64,000 bases of DNA from Candidatus Bathyarchaeota archaeon. GTDB taxonomy: Archaea > Thermoproteota > Bathyarchaeia > Bathyarchaeales > Bathycorpusculaceae. Positions 1-10,680 of the stretch are shown here, in pieces. Below the pieces are notes generated by a model. That model was not told the DNA's origin. It ran no database searches and saw only the letters and a list, made by a program, of their open reading frames with translations. Every line of letters starts with the position of its first letter. Position 1 is the stretch's first letter. The DNA is taken from contig CAVYXJ010000013.1 in assembly GCA_963772455.1 (NCBI GenBank), positions 64,001-128,000 on the forward strand, given 5' to 3'. Made by a program: the position numbers and the translations under genes.

Positions 1-232
1 TTTGGGACAAGTATGTATTGAAGGCAAGTCCAATCAATAGGTAAGTTACGACGGGCATTCCTAGGTTCTGTACGCTTGGCATTGAGGCATTAGCTCCCCA
101 AAACGCATATGAAAGTGCTCCAAATAGAGCGCTTATGACGCTGAGCAGGATGTTTGTCTTGTAAGTTGAGAATGAAATGATGTCGCGTTTCATGAAGTAG
201 TAGATTTTGTCGAGTTCTTGGGTCAATGTCAT
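1..232 (-). CDS. ABC-2 type transporter permease (N-terminal part; runs off window)
   Basis: Read by eye on the minus strand from ATG at 232: MTLTQELDKIYYFMKRDIISFSTYKTNILLSVISALFGALSYAF..., hydrophobic. ATGA overlap with the corrected stop of the upstream ABC ATPase. Confidence 0.75.
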   Translation of the reverse strand, partial: MTLTQELDKIYYFMKRDIISFSTYKTNILLSVISALFGALSYAFWGANASMPSVQNLGMPVVTYLLIGLAFNTYLSQ

Positions 233-1247
233 TTGTTTGCATTGGCTCCTGTTAACTCGATGAATGCATCCTCAAGAGTTGGCTCCTCTTGGCGGAAAGT
301 TTACAAGCTTGATTTTCTCGCGGAAAAAGTAATCCAGTACAATCGGCAACGCATCTGAGTTCTCCAAATGGATTCGTAACCGAGTTTGTCCAAGTACTGA
401 ATCTTGCACTTCTGCAGGCTAAACCTGAGACGCCACTCAAACTCCTCAGACTGTTCACCTGCGCTTCAGACATGTTCTTAACTACGATGTCGACGACTTC
501 GCCTTTTTTCGCCATTCCTTTGAGAGCTTCAGGTGTGTCCAAAGCGACAATTCTGCCTTTGTTCATGATGCCAACTCGATCGCACATCTGAGAAACCTCC
601 TCAATGTAATGAGTTGTATAGAGGACGGTTTTGCCGTGTTTTTTACTTAGGTCGTTTTTTATGAAGTCTCTGATATGCCTTGATGAAGTAACGTCTAAGC
701 CTGTAGTGGGCTCATCCAGAAGCAGAATAGGCGGATCAGCCAACAAAGCCCTAGCTAAAGCAAGTTTTCTTTTCATGCCACCTGAATACTTCTGGAAAAT
801 ATCAAACGCTTTATCTTGCATGCCCACTAACTCTAGAACCTCCATGATTCGATGCTTTCTGCCACTTCGGGGAACATTGTTTATGGCTGCGAAGAATTCC
901 AAATTGCTATAGCCGCTTAGTCTCCAGAAAAAACCCCGTTCACCCACACTAAAAATAGTGCCGATTGACTTTTTTACTTGCATCTGTTGTTTTACAACGT
1001 CGTAGCCGTTTACGGCGGCTGTTCCACTATCAGGAGGAAGCAAGGTGCAGAGGATTTTTACGAGAGTGGTTTTACCCGCGCCGTTTGGTCCTAATAATCC
1101 GAAGAGTTCACCTTTTTTTATGGTTAAGTTGAGGTTGTCTACGGCATTGACAGAAAAGGTTTTGGGGTTAAAGCGGCTGCTGTTGGGAATTTTGGATTTG
1201 TATGTCTTTGTCAAGTTGATTATTTCGATGGCATTTTCGTTTTGCAA
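229..1247 (-). CDS. ABC transporter ATP-binding protein (DrrA/CcmA-like), two apparent +1 frameshifts near the 3' end
   Basis: Walker A GPNGAGKTT, signature YSGGM, Walker B LLLDEPT. Alternative frames after ~415 and ~292 give the usual C-terminus ...EVQDSVLGQTRLRIHL...EEPTLEDAFIELTG. Confidence 0.9.
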
Positions 1248-1506
1248 CAGTAACCCCCTTGTTAGATAGACTTAGCGAAAATTTGCAGTAGATTCAGTTA
1301 GCGTTGAAGCGGCAATTAAGTTTTTCTACATATCTTCGGAGGATACATTTTTTTCTAAATGTCCTCTCTTGTTTCTGGATAAAATCGAAATTGAGATCAG
1401 GATATTTAGGTTGCTTCTTGTCAATTAGTTTAAAATGAATAATGGTGGACAAAAAATCGGCTACCTATCTCTCTTCTATCTTGAATCCCCTTTCAATCCA
1501 AACTTG

Positions 1507-1689
1507 CTATACAATAGCTGCTTTATGCAACAAAGCCCGTTCTATATCCTGACATTCATCGCAGAGATCAGAATTCGGTCGCCAACTGCGTTTCTGAATA
1601 ATAGCTCGCGGATATTGTTTGCAGTTTTTGTACCAATGCCACCTATCGGGTTCTGGACCTTTAACATACTCGTCCACATTAACCGCCAA
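1507..1689 (-). CDS. Small putative zinc-binding protein
   Basis: 60 aa with WHWxxNC...LCDEC metal-ligand pattern, preceded by an AT-rich TATA-like region. Confidence 0.55.
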   Translation of the reverse strand: MAVNVDEYVKGPEPDRWHWYKNCKQYPRAIIQKRSWRPNSDLCDECQDIERALLHKAAIV

Positions 1690-2111
1690 ACAATATTATA
1701 TCAATAGAAATATTTTTAATTTTGCATTTTTCAGTTGAGAAAATTTGGGGGATTGCAGGTTGCCGCTAATTATGATATGTTACTTTGATTTGCCAGCTTT
1801 TTTTGCGCAGGCATCGCTGCAATACTTTGATTTAGCATTAAATGTGGTGTAAGGTTTTTTGCAGACTGGACATTTCTTTTCCATGGTAAACCCTAATCAG
1901 TAAATATGATGCTCTAGGGTATAAGCTTAGGGGAATTCATGCAAGCTTTTTTGGAAAAGTTTTCTTTTTCTAATTGACATAATGTCGAATTAATGATCTT
2001 TAGTTATCCTACAGTAATTTAAGCTATTATTCTAAAAAATTGTTGCTTGTTCGTTTTGTTTAAATATTAGTATTATGTGTATGATGTTGCAAAAAGAAGG
2101 AATATCTTAGA

Positions 2112-2552
2112 ATGGGTTCCAAGTCACCAAGAGGCGAATTTGCCGCAAGGCAACTAGCAAAGAAACGAAAGAATTTCCGTTGGTCAGATCGTTACTTTAA
2201 CCGACGCATGCTTAGATTAGATGAGAAAGTTGACCCTATGCAGGGTGCACCGCAAAGCCGCGGCATCGTTCTTGAGAAAGTAGGCGTTGAATCAAAACAG
2301 CCTAACAGTGCCATCCGTAAATGCGTCCGCACACAACTTATCAAAAATGGCAGAACCATCACAGCGTTCTTGCCAGGAGACGGTGCCCTCAACGTAGTTG
2401 ATGAACACGACGAAGTCGTCGTGGAAGGCATCGGTGGAACAAGAGGCGGCGCTATGGGCGACATTCCAGGAGTTAGATGGAAGGTCGTTATGGTTAACGG
2501 CGTAAGCTTAAATGAACTCGTCTATGGACGTAAACAAAAACCAGCAAGGTAA
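2112..2552 (+). CDS. rps12: 30S ribosomal protein S12 (uS12)
   Basis: [12 protein letters not shown] and [10 protein letters not shown] motifs; archaeal-type N-terminus. Confidence 0.98.
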   Translation: MGSKSPRGEFAARQLAKKRKNFRWSDRYFNRRMLRLDEKVDPMQGAPQSRGIVLEKVGVESKQPNSAIRKCVRTQLIKNGRTITAFLPGDGALNVVDEHDEVVVEGIGGTRGGAMGDIPGVRWKVVMVNGVSLNELVYGRKQKPAR

Positions 2553-2558
2553 TAGATT

Positions 2559-3152
2559 ATGTCACAAACATCCACAGTTTCTCAGCCACAAGAAATTAAG
2601 CTCTTCCAAAAATGGAGTTTTAAAGACATTGCAGTCGTTGATATCGGATTGCAACGTTACTTGAATTTGACTCCGATGGTTGCACCCCATAGCATGGGAC
2701 GTCACGAACACCAGCGATTCCGCAAAGCTAAAGTCAATGTTGTCGAACGTCTAATCAACGGCTTAATGCGCGGCGGCAAGAATGCAGGCAAAAAAGCAAA
2801 AGCAACCAACATTGTTAAAGAAACCTTCGAAATCATTTATCTTCGCACAAACAAGAATCCAATAGAAGTCCTGGTCAAAGCAGTTGAGAATGCTTCTCCA
2901 TGCGAAGATACTACAAGAGTAAGTTACGGAGGAGTTGTTTATCACCTATCAGTTGATGTTGCTCCACAACGAAGAATTGACCTTGCCATACGACACATAA
3001 CAACAGGAGCTCGTGCATCTTCAGCAAACAATCCACGAAGCATACAAGAAACCCTCGCAGATGAACTCGTTCTCGCAGCAAACAAAGACATAAAAAGCGT
3101 CGCTATCTCAAAACGCAACGAAATCGAACGTGTAGCACAATCCAGCAGATAA
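2559..3152 (+). CDS. rps7: 30S ribosomal protein S7 (uS7)
   Basis: IKLFQKWSF, PHSMGRH, VDVAPQRRIDLA, ERVAQSSR; follows rps12. Confidence 0.98.
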   Translation: MSQTSTVSQPQEIKLFQKWSFKDIAVVDIGLQRYLNLTPMVAPHSMGRHEHQRFRKAKVNVVERLINGLMRGGKNAGKKAKATNIVKETFEIIYLRTNKNPIEVLVKAVENASPCEDTTRVSYGGVVYHLSVDVAPQRRIDLAIRHITTGARASSANNPRSIQETLADELVLAANKDIKSVAISKRNEIERVAQSSR

Positions 3153-3153
3153 A

Positions 3154-3185
3154 CAATTTTTCTTTTCTTATTTGTATTTTTTAAT
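3154..3185 (+). terminator. Oligo-T archaeal terminator after rps7
   Basis: T-rich run (ttttttcttttcttatttgtatttttt) right after the stop codon. Confidence 0.5.
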
Positions 3186-3264
3186 CTCTTAACTTAGTTT
3201 TTGTTTATAATTGCCCTTAAATATTCTTAATTCAGAAACGTTAGAAATAATTGCCTCTTTAAGC

Positions 3265-4452
3265 TTAAACTATTCTAGCATGAATCTCGACTATATCGCC
3301 ATCATCCAATACGAAATTCATTCCGACTTTTTTGGGGCTAAAGGGCAACCGCTTCGCCCAAACCATTGCAAACATGAAGTTCATTAAAAGTTCCTTGTGA
3401 ATGTTTTTGGCTAAATCGTTTACTGTGGCCCCTTTTTTAAGTGCAAAAGGTCGGTCGGCGTGCACCTTGTTGCCTGGTTCTTTGGTATAAATTCGAATGA
3501 TACCCAGCGCATCAAACATCGCTTTTCCCAGTTCTTGAAGACCAACTTTATTCTGAGCAGAAATAGCAACGATTGGTAATTTTCCGTTCACAAAAGACTG
3601 CAAATGTCGCATGTTCACTTGAGCACCCTTCAAATCCATTTTGTTTGCGACAATTACTGCAGGTTTGTAAATTGTACTTTCATAAATCGCGTTTTCAACA
3701 TCTTCTAGGGAAACCTCACCGCTGATTCTTACGATGGCATCGTGAACTTTGTAGTCCCGAAGCAATTGTTCTACCTGATTCATAGTGCAATTAATTAATT
3801 TCCCCACAAGGATGACCCTTAGTGCTGTGCCAGAGTGTCGTCTGTCAATATCGACTTTTCCACTTGGTTTATAGACTAAAACTCTGGTTTTTTCCAATTC
3901 GGCCAAAATCAACTCCAACTGCTCAACAGGGTCATAGCCCAAGTCAACCATTAGAATCACGCCGTCTGCGTTGCGTGCTAAACCAAGAGTGACATTGCCG
4001 CCAGCTTTTCCTTCGGCTGCTCCCTCCATCACTGCAGGTGCTTCAACAATCTGGTATTGTACATCCATGTAACTCATTATCCCAGGAACAGGTTCATGAG
4101 TGCTAAATGGTGTAGGTGTAACGACCACTTTTGAGTTTGTAACCGCGGTCATGAGGGCGCTTTTGCCAACGTTAGTCATGCCGATTAATGCTATTTGAGC
4201 TGAACCTTCTTTCTCTATGAAGAGTTTTGGTCCGCCGCTGCTCTTGCCCGTGCCCATGCGCTTCTTTTTGTCTAAATCCTCGCGGATAAGTGCGATTTTC
4301 CTGTTCATTTCGCCGCGCAGTTTCATGGTGCCTTTATGATGTGGAACATACTTTAGGAACTCAATCATGGCATCCATTTTTTCTTTAGGAGTATGAGCAG
4401 CTTCAACAAACTCCCATTTATCCATCGCTTCTGGCGGCAGGTTAGTCGGCAT
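3265..4452 (-). CDS. DRG/OBG-family GTPase with TGS domain
   Basis: MPTNLPPEA start, G1 GMTNVGKS, G4 NKMD, C-terminal TGS (IRIYTKEPG...LDDGDIVEIH). Confidence 0.9.
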   Translation of the reverse strand: MPTNLPPEAMDKWEFVEAAHTPKEKMDAMIEFLKYVPHHKGTMKLRGEMNRKIALIREDLDKKKRMGTGKSSGGPKLFIEKEGSAQIALIGMTNVGKSALMTAVTNSKVVVTPTPFSTHEPVPGIMSYMDVQYQIVEAPAVMEGAAEGKAGGNVTLGLARNADGVILMVDLGYDPVEQLELILAELEKTRVLVYKPSGKVDIDRRHSGTALRVILVGKLINCTMNQVEQLLRDYKVHDAIVRISGEVSLEDVENAIYESTIYKPAVIVANKMDLKGAQVNMRHLQSFVNGKLPIVAISAQNKVGLQELGKAMFDALGIIRIYTKEPGNKVHADRPFALKKGATVNDLAKNIHKELLMNFMFAMVWAKRLPFSPKKVGMNFVLDDGDIVEIHARIV

Positions 4453-4605
4453 TTAAACTTCGCAAATACAATCTATAAAACAACCATATGACTATTTCTA
4501 AAATAAAACCAAAAAATCTTAGCTTTACTAATAAACCGCTAAAAATACAATTTACTAAGATGTTGACTTTTTCTTTTTTTACCCCTTTATTCATTTTCCA
4601 AACAG

Positions 4606-5553
4606 CTATGATATTTCTAGTTGTTTGTTTAGATAGAAATTTTCCACAATCATATTGTTGCCGATGGAATCCCAGTCATCTGTAAATCTATGAACAACTG
4701 CAAGGATAGAAAAGTTGAGACTATTATAGTCTGAAACAGTAGCAAAAGTCAAGTAAGAATAATTTGTTCCATCAATGTAGAATGATACTTCTGCGCCCTG
4801 CAAAATCATGGTATAATGATGTTTCATTCCATCGTTAGACCAAAGCTTGAGCATCTGAAAATGAACTTCTCCGTAGTTGCCGTTTGGTTCCTGAATGTAG
4901 CCATAGAGAAAACCGTCACTTAAGTCCAATCTGATGCCAAATTCTGTTCCTTTATAAGTAGATGTATCAGAGGTGGCAAAAATTGCCATTTCATCAAATC
5001 CAAGTGCCTTAATTTTGGGTGTTATGAACGTTGCTTCAAAGTCAATCTTTTGAATTGAATAGGTGTCAAAAGTTATAGCGTCTGATCCAGCTATTTGGCC
5101 TTGATTCGTTTTATTTGGGAATGTAAAATAAAGTATGTTTGGTTCAGTTTGTTCAACAGGATGGCCGCAGTAAGTGTATGTATTGAATAGTAGGGGTTCC
5201 AGCGGAATTGGTGCTATGCTTATAGGCGCAGAAAAGATTCGGGGTGGGTTTGATGGTATATTTTTTGGTGGATTTGAAGTTTCTAAAGAAATGGGTGTTG
5301 TGGTAATGGGTGAAGAGATATTGTAATTGTAGAAATTGGTTGAATTCAATTTATCTGTTTGATTGATGTTTGTTAGTTTCGTTGTAGGCTCTTGTTGTTT
5401 TGTTACTTGATTAATACTTGAATCAGTGTTTATCGTAAAAATTGATTGTAACTCGCAATTGCTAAGAATGGAAATAATAATGACTAATAAACTGAAAGCA
5501 ATTGGCAAAATAAATAATATTTTCCTTTTATTGCTTCCTTTTTTTATCATCAT
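4606..5553 (-). CDS. Membrane-anchored/secreted protein, possible concanavalin-A-like beta-sandwich
   Basis: N-terminal TM, T/N/P-rich linker, beta-rich C-terminal domain (HHYTMILQGAEVSFYIDG). Confidence 0.6.
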   Translation of the reverse strand: MMIKKGSNKRKILFILPIAFSLLVIIISILSNCELQSIFTINTDSSINQVTKQQEPTTKLTNINQTDKLNSTNFYNYNISSPITTTPISLETSNPPKNIPSNPPRIFSAPISIAPIPLEPLLFNTYTYCGHPVEQTEPNILYFTFPNKTNQGQIAGSDAITFDTYSIQKIDFEATFITPKIKALGFDEMAIFATSDTSTYKGTEFGIRLDLSDGFLYGYIQEPNGNYGEVHFQMLKLWSNDGMKHHYTMILQGAEVSFYIDGTNYSYLTFATVSDYNSLNFSILAVVHRFTDDWDSIGNNMIVENFYLNKQLEIS

Positions 5554-5811
5554 TGTATTAGTTGAAAATCAAATATTAAAAATAGACTATTCTTTCTGTT
5601 TAGAGATTATCTAAAAATTTCTTTATCACAAAAAACTTTAGCGCTCTTGAAGGAATTTTTCGCGGAGTAAGGGTTTGTTTTTCGTTGGTTTAATACGAGA
5701 AAGTTTTTTATGCATTTCACGTAAATATTACTTGGGGGATAAAAGATAGTCAAATCTATCGATTTTATCCGATCTAAGTCGAAAAAACAGGCTCCTCCAT
5801 TAATTTATTCT

Positions 5812-7401
5812 TTGATGTCCCCCTCAGAAAACAAAAAATGCGTTGATGATAATCAAAGTTTTCTTAATGAGTTAGGTGTCAACGGTCAGCAATTCAAAAC
5901 GCTTTTTGGTAGACTGCCTCAAGGAATCGCTTTGTACAAAATGGTTTACGATAAAAAAGGCATACCCATTGACTTCATTCTTCTTGAAAGTAACAAGGCA
6001 TACAAAAAAATAAACTATTTCAAAAGGGAAAATGTTGAGAATAGCCAATCTAAATTTGATTCAAAAATAAAAAATAACAACAAAGATTGGATTAGAGTAT
6101 TCGGCAGGGTAGCTGACGCATGCAAACCTGAGCATTTTGAAACTTATAGTGAACCTGAAGACAAATGGTATCAAATCTACTTATACAGCCCCAAGAAGAG
6201 CTTTTTTGTTTCGGTTTTTATGGACATAACCCCCGAAAAGAAGCAGACAATACGTGAATTTGAAGAACAAAAAAAATCGGCCGAGCAACTTGTTTTTTCA
6301 GAAAAGAAATATCGTAGGCTATACGAGACAACTCAAGATGGAATTATGGCTAGGGACCTGCAAGCACGAATGATTGATTGCAATCCAGCATATGCAAAAA
6401 TGCTTGGCTACACAAAAAAAGAATTAAGATGCTTAACTGTCCAAGAACTGCTGCCTGAAAAGTGGCATAAACAAAGAAAAGAAATTGTTCGTAAAGTCCT
6501 GCAAACCGGTAAATCCATTGTTTTCGAAAGAGAATATAATCGAAAGGATGGCTCTGTTTTTCCTGCCTCCGTTAGGACATGGCGGTTAACTAATGGAAAA
6601 GGGAAAGTAATTGGAATATGGTCCATTGTTCGAGACATTACTGAACAAAAGAATTCGCAGAAAAACCTTGAAAAATATGCTGATGTTCTTAAAAAAATAA
6701 TAGATGACCGTACCAAGCAGCTTAAAGATTCAGAACGATTGGCAGCGATTGGTCAAACCGCTGGAATGGTTGGTCATGATCTCCGCAATCCCCTGCAAAC
6801 GGTAATCGGCGAATTGTTTCTGGCAAAGAAAGAAGTTGAATCACTTATTGAAAGTGAAGCTAAAAACAACCTTATTGAGAGTATTCAAGCAATAGAAGAG
6901 CAAGCAGTCTATATGGATAAAATTGTTTCTGACCTTCAAGCCTTTGTGCAACCTATAAAAGTAGACAAAAAACCCTTCAACCTTGGAGAACTCGCAAACG
7001 AAATTTTGGCGTCAATTGTTACTACTAAAAATATTAAGGTAAAAATGCAAATTAAAGATGATTTTCCCCAGATAAAAGCTGACCTTCAATTGATAAAACG
7101 TGTTCTTATCAATTTGGTTACAAATTCAGCTCAGGCTATGCCTAACGGTGGAACACTGACATTGACTGGACAGGTTAATCCTCAAGGACAAGTATTGGTT
7201 GCGGTAAAAGACACAGGAGTTGGAATCCCGAACAACATAAAAAATCAGATATTTACTCCTTTATTTACTACTAAACCGCGTGGGCAAGGATTCGGATTAG
7301 CGGTTTGTAAGCGAGTAATTGAAGCTCACGGTGGATCAATAAGTTTTGAAAGCACAGTGGGAAAAGGTACCGAATTCACGATTCAGTTTCCGGTCAATTA
7401 A
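5812..7401 (+). CDS. PAS-domain sensor histidine kinase
   Basis: PAS repeats, H-box GHDLRNPL, N-box NLVTNSAQA, G1 DTGVG, F-box FTPLFTTK, G2 GQGFGL. Confidence 0.95.
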   Translation: MMSPSENKKCVDDNQSFLNELGVNGQQFKTLFGRLPQGIALYKMVYDKKGIPIDFILLESNKAYKKINYFKRENVENSQSKFDSKIKNNNKDWIRVFGRVADACKPEHFETYSEPEDKWYQIYLYSPKKSFFVSVFMDITPEKKQTIREFEEQKKSAEQLVFSEKKYRRLYETTQDGIMARDLQARMIDCNPAYAKMLGYTKKELRCLTVQELLPEKWHKQRKEIVRKVLQTGKSIVFEREYNRKDGSVFPASVRTWRLTNGKGKVIGIWSIVRDITEQKNSQKNLEKYADVLKKIIDDRTKQLKDSERLAAIGQTAGMVGHDLRNPLQTVIGELFLAKKEVESLIESEAKNNLIESIQAIEEQAVYMDKIVSDLQAFVQPIKVDKKPFNLGELANEILASIVTTKNIKVKMQIKDDFPQIKADLQLIKRVLINLVTNSAQAMPNGGTLTLTGQVNPQGQVLVAVKDTGVGIPNNIKNQIFTPLFTTKPRGQGFGLAVCKRVIEAHGGSISFESTVGKGTEFTIQFPVN

Positions 7402-7703
7402 GGTTCAATCATTTCTTTTTGTTTCTGGGTGCCTTTCAATCTTTGTCTAAGACTGTAAACAAATGCTATAAACCAAAAGGCAACTGTAGCCCAACCTAAT
7501 GCAAAACCAATCGTGTTACCCAAGAGGTAATAGGCTATTTCAAAGCCGACTATGGAAACAAAAGTCAAAAATGAACCAATTATGCTGTACCCATGCAGTG
7601 CATTTCGGCTTTTTATGACTGCTCTTAACATTAAGAGTAATGCAAGAAAATTTATGACACTTGCCAAATCTAAAGCTAAGTTTGCTAAACTGTAAACATC
7701 CAT
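7398..7703 (-). CDS. Small membrane protein (3 TM)
   Basis: Three hydrophobic segments in 101 aa. Confidence 0.65.
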   Translation of the reverse strand: MDVYSLANLALDLASVINFLALLLMLRAVIKSRNALHGYSIIGSFLTFVSIVGFEIAYYLLGNTIGFALGWATVAFWFIAFVYSLRQRLKGTQKQKEMIEP

Positions 7704-7902
7704 TTATCCAGTTTCCCAATGCCAAAACGGATTGGCTCAACTTAAGACTATCGCAGACATCAAGCTCCAAGATGTGAAAATACCTAACGCGTTTGAGAGT
7801 CAATTATTTTTTAGGAAATATTCAATTTGGGAGGGTTTTGGGGTAAAGTTAAAAAAGCATTATGTCTAAAGTAACTTTGAAGGTTTAGGGGGAGAATTCA
7901 GA

Positions 7903-8580
7903 GTGACATCACTTCGAATATCATTCATTTTAACTATAGTAGTATTTGGTTTCCTATGTAGCGGTCTTGTTGTCGGTTTAAATCAGGATCAAGCAACAGC
8001 AAGAGTATTGTTTTCAAGCGAAACACTGCCGGCAGGTCAAAAAGTGACTGGTACCATTTTCTTCAGCAGCACTTCCAGCGATCAATTGGCAGTTACTGCC
8101 GTAAGCATACACTTCGACTGGATGCCCAGCGGCCAAGTCGTGGGTTACCAGTTAACTACCCCAGTTACGATTGAAAGCGGTAGCAACCACTTATTTGATC
8201 CAATGGAAATTCCAATTCCATTAAACATAGCTTCTGGCTCTCACACCTACTATATCGGGATCGACGGAACAGAAAATGGAACTCCATTTTCGTGGGATTC
8301 TCCAGTGGCTTCAGTAAATGTTGAAGGCGGTACCGGTGGCGTTACTCCTTCACCATCAAGCACAAACTCGGGAGAAGAACAACCTGGGGAGCAATCAAAT
8401 TTGTTTATATATGGAGCGATTGCAGCCGTGGTCGTTATTGTAGTATTATTGTTAATAGTTTTAATAATGCGGAAAAAGCGTACAAGTTCCAAATCAGCAG
8501 TTAATCAAGATGCAAGTAATCAACCAAAGTCATCTGCTCCAGAGAAGAAACCTAACCCTGAGCAAGACTTCGATATTTAG
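7903..8580 (+). CDS. Secreted Ig-like protein with C-terminal TM anchor
   Basis: Signal peptide, beta-rich domain, S/P/G linker, TM followed by RKKR. Confidence 0.75.
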   Translation: MTSLRISFILTIVVFGFLCSGLVVGLNQDQATARVLFSSETLPAGQKVTGTIFFSSTSSDQLAVTAVSIHFDWMPSGQVVGYQLTTPVTIESGSNHLFDPMEIPIPLNIASGSHTYYIGIDGTENGTPFSWDSPVASVNVEGGTGGVTPSPSSTNSGEEQPGEQSNLFIYGAIAAVVVIVVLLLIVLIMRKKRTSSKSAVNQDASNQPKSSAPEKKPNPEQDFDI

Positions 8581-8626
8581 TCGATCTTCAGACCTCACAG
8601 AAGGGTTTTAACTGCGTAGAGGTTAG

Positions 8627-9358
8627 TTGAAAAGGCTTATAGCTCAAGCCAACCACCATACATCTAAAACAGTGGCATCATTGACGACACCAAATGGCAA
8701 ACCAGTTCAATCTGGACTTGCAGCAATCATCATCGTAGTCTTGGTATTCTCTTTTTTTAGTCCCTTAGCACAAGCACAAACGCGCCAATTCTTCACGCCC
8801 TCTGACAAATTTAGCATTCCAGATCATAATGGCATCATAAGTTTTGCTTTCAACGGTTCCTTTTCATCAGCAAAGTTAGAGAATAACTTCTGGGTTTTTA
8901 ATGATTTAAGATTCAATATTTCCCGCCCCCTTGGCAACCTTAAAGTTTCTGTTGAAAACTCTAACATGACTATTTATTCTTATCAAGCAATCAATTTCTT
9001 TGGTCGTAGCGTATTTCTAAGGTGCCATGTGGATGGTTTAGGTGAGCAAAGGGTAAATCTTGGACTTAATTTTTCGAAGCCGACCAATTCAGTTGAGTGG
9101 TCTGTCACCATTCCAGGTCCCGATGGAAAAACCGTTTGGCTCGCTGAAAATGAAGGGTGGAAGCTCTTGCCTGACGATTCAGTGGTTGTCACTGGCATAA
9201 CAGGCAACTTGTCTATTGTGCATTACAATTTTGGTGTAGACATCGATGAGAATTTGCCTTTTTACCAAGCGCATTCAATTGCAATTATTACAGTTATCGC
9301 TATAGCCAGTACAGTTGCGTTTGCATTAGTAATAAGAGTTAAAGTGAGGAAGGATTAA
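8627..9358 (+). CDS. Membrane-anchored hypothetical protein (true start probably downstream)
   Basis: Signal-like hydrophobic stretch ending AQA, C-terminal TM; abuts the next gene. Confidence 0.65.
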   Translation: MKRLIAQANHHTSKTVASLTTPNGKPVQSGLAAIIIVVLVFSFFSPLAQAQTRQFFTPSDKFSIPDHNGIISFAFNGSFSSAKLENNFWVFNDLRFNISRPLGNLKVSVENSNMTIYSYQAINFFGRSVFLRCHVDGLGEQRVNLGLNFSKPTNSVEWSVTIPGPDGKTVWLAENEGWKLLPDDSVVVTGITGNLSIVHYNFGVDIDENLPFYQAHSIAIITVIAIASTVAFALVIRVKVRKD

Positions 9359-9361
9359 CAA

Positions 9362-10609
9362 ATGTCTTTGGTTGACTCATCTACCATAATACTATTGGCT
9401 TATGCCCTAATAGTAGTGGTAGGCATAGTCGCCATCCTCAAATTTTCCAAAGACAAAACAAGAAAAATCACTTCTCTACGTCTCTTTATCCAAATAGCCG
9501 CAGTTTTCGCCATATTCATGGGGCTACTGATAGGACCTTTCAACAAACCGGGATCAATATTTTATCCCTTAGGAATTTCACCTCGTGACCACTTAATCGG
9601 CTCAGAAATTTTAGGCAACCAATTCCCTGACGGCATCTCCCTGCCCATTTTAGCCTGCTACTACCCCAACGGGCGAACAGTTACCTGTGCTATTTGGCAG
9701 TTACAAGCCTACGTTTTTCCCTTCTGGAACTATCCACGAGGCTACGAAGTAATCTATTCTACTTCAGGTCTTGAAAAAATAGGCATAGTGATAGGTATGT
9801 TGGTTGTGGCGTCTGTGATTTTGGGTAGGTCTTTCTGTGGTTGGCTCTGCCCCTTTGGTTTATATCAAGATTTACTTACAAGAATTCGAAAATCCGTAAA
9901 GCGGCGTCACTTGAGTTTTTCTGAAAAAACCAACACAAAACTTGGGCAATCTCGATTTATTATAATCGCCATCTTTATGATTCTAAGTGTTATTTTCGCT
10001 TCATACACAATATTTGGAACTGAAGTAATTCCAGGAACCAAACTTGGTGGACCACAAGGAACCGAAGCAGGAATAGTCAGCAACATCAACGAGCCTTTTT
10101 GCTTAGTCTGCCCCATGAGACCATTATGCATTTTGATAGAATGCGCCATTGGACAAATGAACTATTCCTATATTTCCCAAATCGTATATGGACCTGGATG
10201 GATATCAGGTTTCTACTTAACCTCAATAAATTTGGCTATTCTAGTTGCAATTACAATTTTAGCATTGGCTTACAGGCGATTCTGGTGTAGAATCTGTCCC
10301 CTTGGAGGCATAACTGCGCTGTTTAGTTCATTTACGCCCTTCAAACAAATTGCTTTAACAAAGCTCCAAAAAGATGAACATAAATGCACCAAATGCGGAG
10401 TTTGCAAACGGGTTTGCCCAACCCAAGCCACAGCAATGTATGCGCAAAAAGGTGGAGATGTAACAGAATCAAGATGCATGCTATGCGCACGATGTGTTGA
10501 AATATGCCCCTATGAAGGCGCATTGAAACTGACATTTGCTGGAAAGACCTTAATGACCTCCAGGAATTGGCTAAACGAAAACAATCCTGAAAGCAACAAA
10601 AACGTTTGA
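9362..10609 (+). CDS. Membrane polyferredoxin, NapH/MauN/NosR-like 4Fe-4S protein
   Basis: GRSFCGWLCPFG and RFWCRICPLG motifs plus two CxxCxxCxxxCP clusters, multiple TMs. Confidence 0.9.
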   Translation: MSLVDSSTIILLAYALIVVVGIVAILKFSKDKTRKITSLRLFIQIAAVFAIFMGLLIGPFNKPGSIFYPLGISPRDHLIGSEILGNQFPDGISLPILACYYPNGRTVTCAIWQLQAYVFPFWNYPRGYEVIYSTSGLEKIGIVIGMLVVASVILGRSFCGWLCPFGLYQDLLTRIRKSVKRRHLSFSEKTNTKLGQSRFIIIAIFMILSVIFASYTIFGTEVIPGTKLGGPQGTEAGIVSNINEPFCLVCPMRPLCILIECAIGQMNYSYISQIVYGPGWISGFYLTSINLAILVAITILALAYRRFWCRICPLGGITALFSSFTPFKQIALTKLQKDEHKCTKCGVCKRVCPTQATAMYAQKGGDVTESRCMLCARCVEICPYEGALKLTFAGKTLMTSRNWLNENNPESNKNV

Positions 10610-10680
10610 ATGTAAAAAATTTGCGGCTTTGGATTGCAACTGTATTTTAAAAGTTTTTCTGTTGCCCAAAGAAATCCGAT

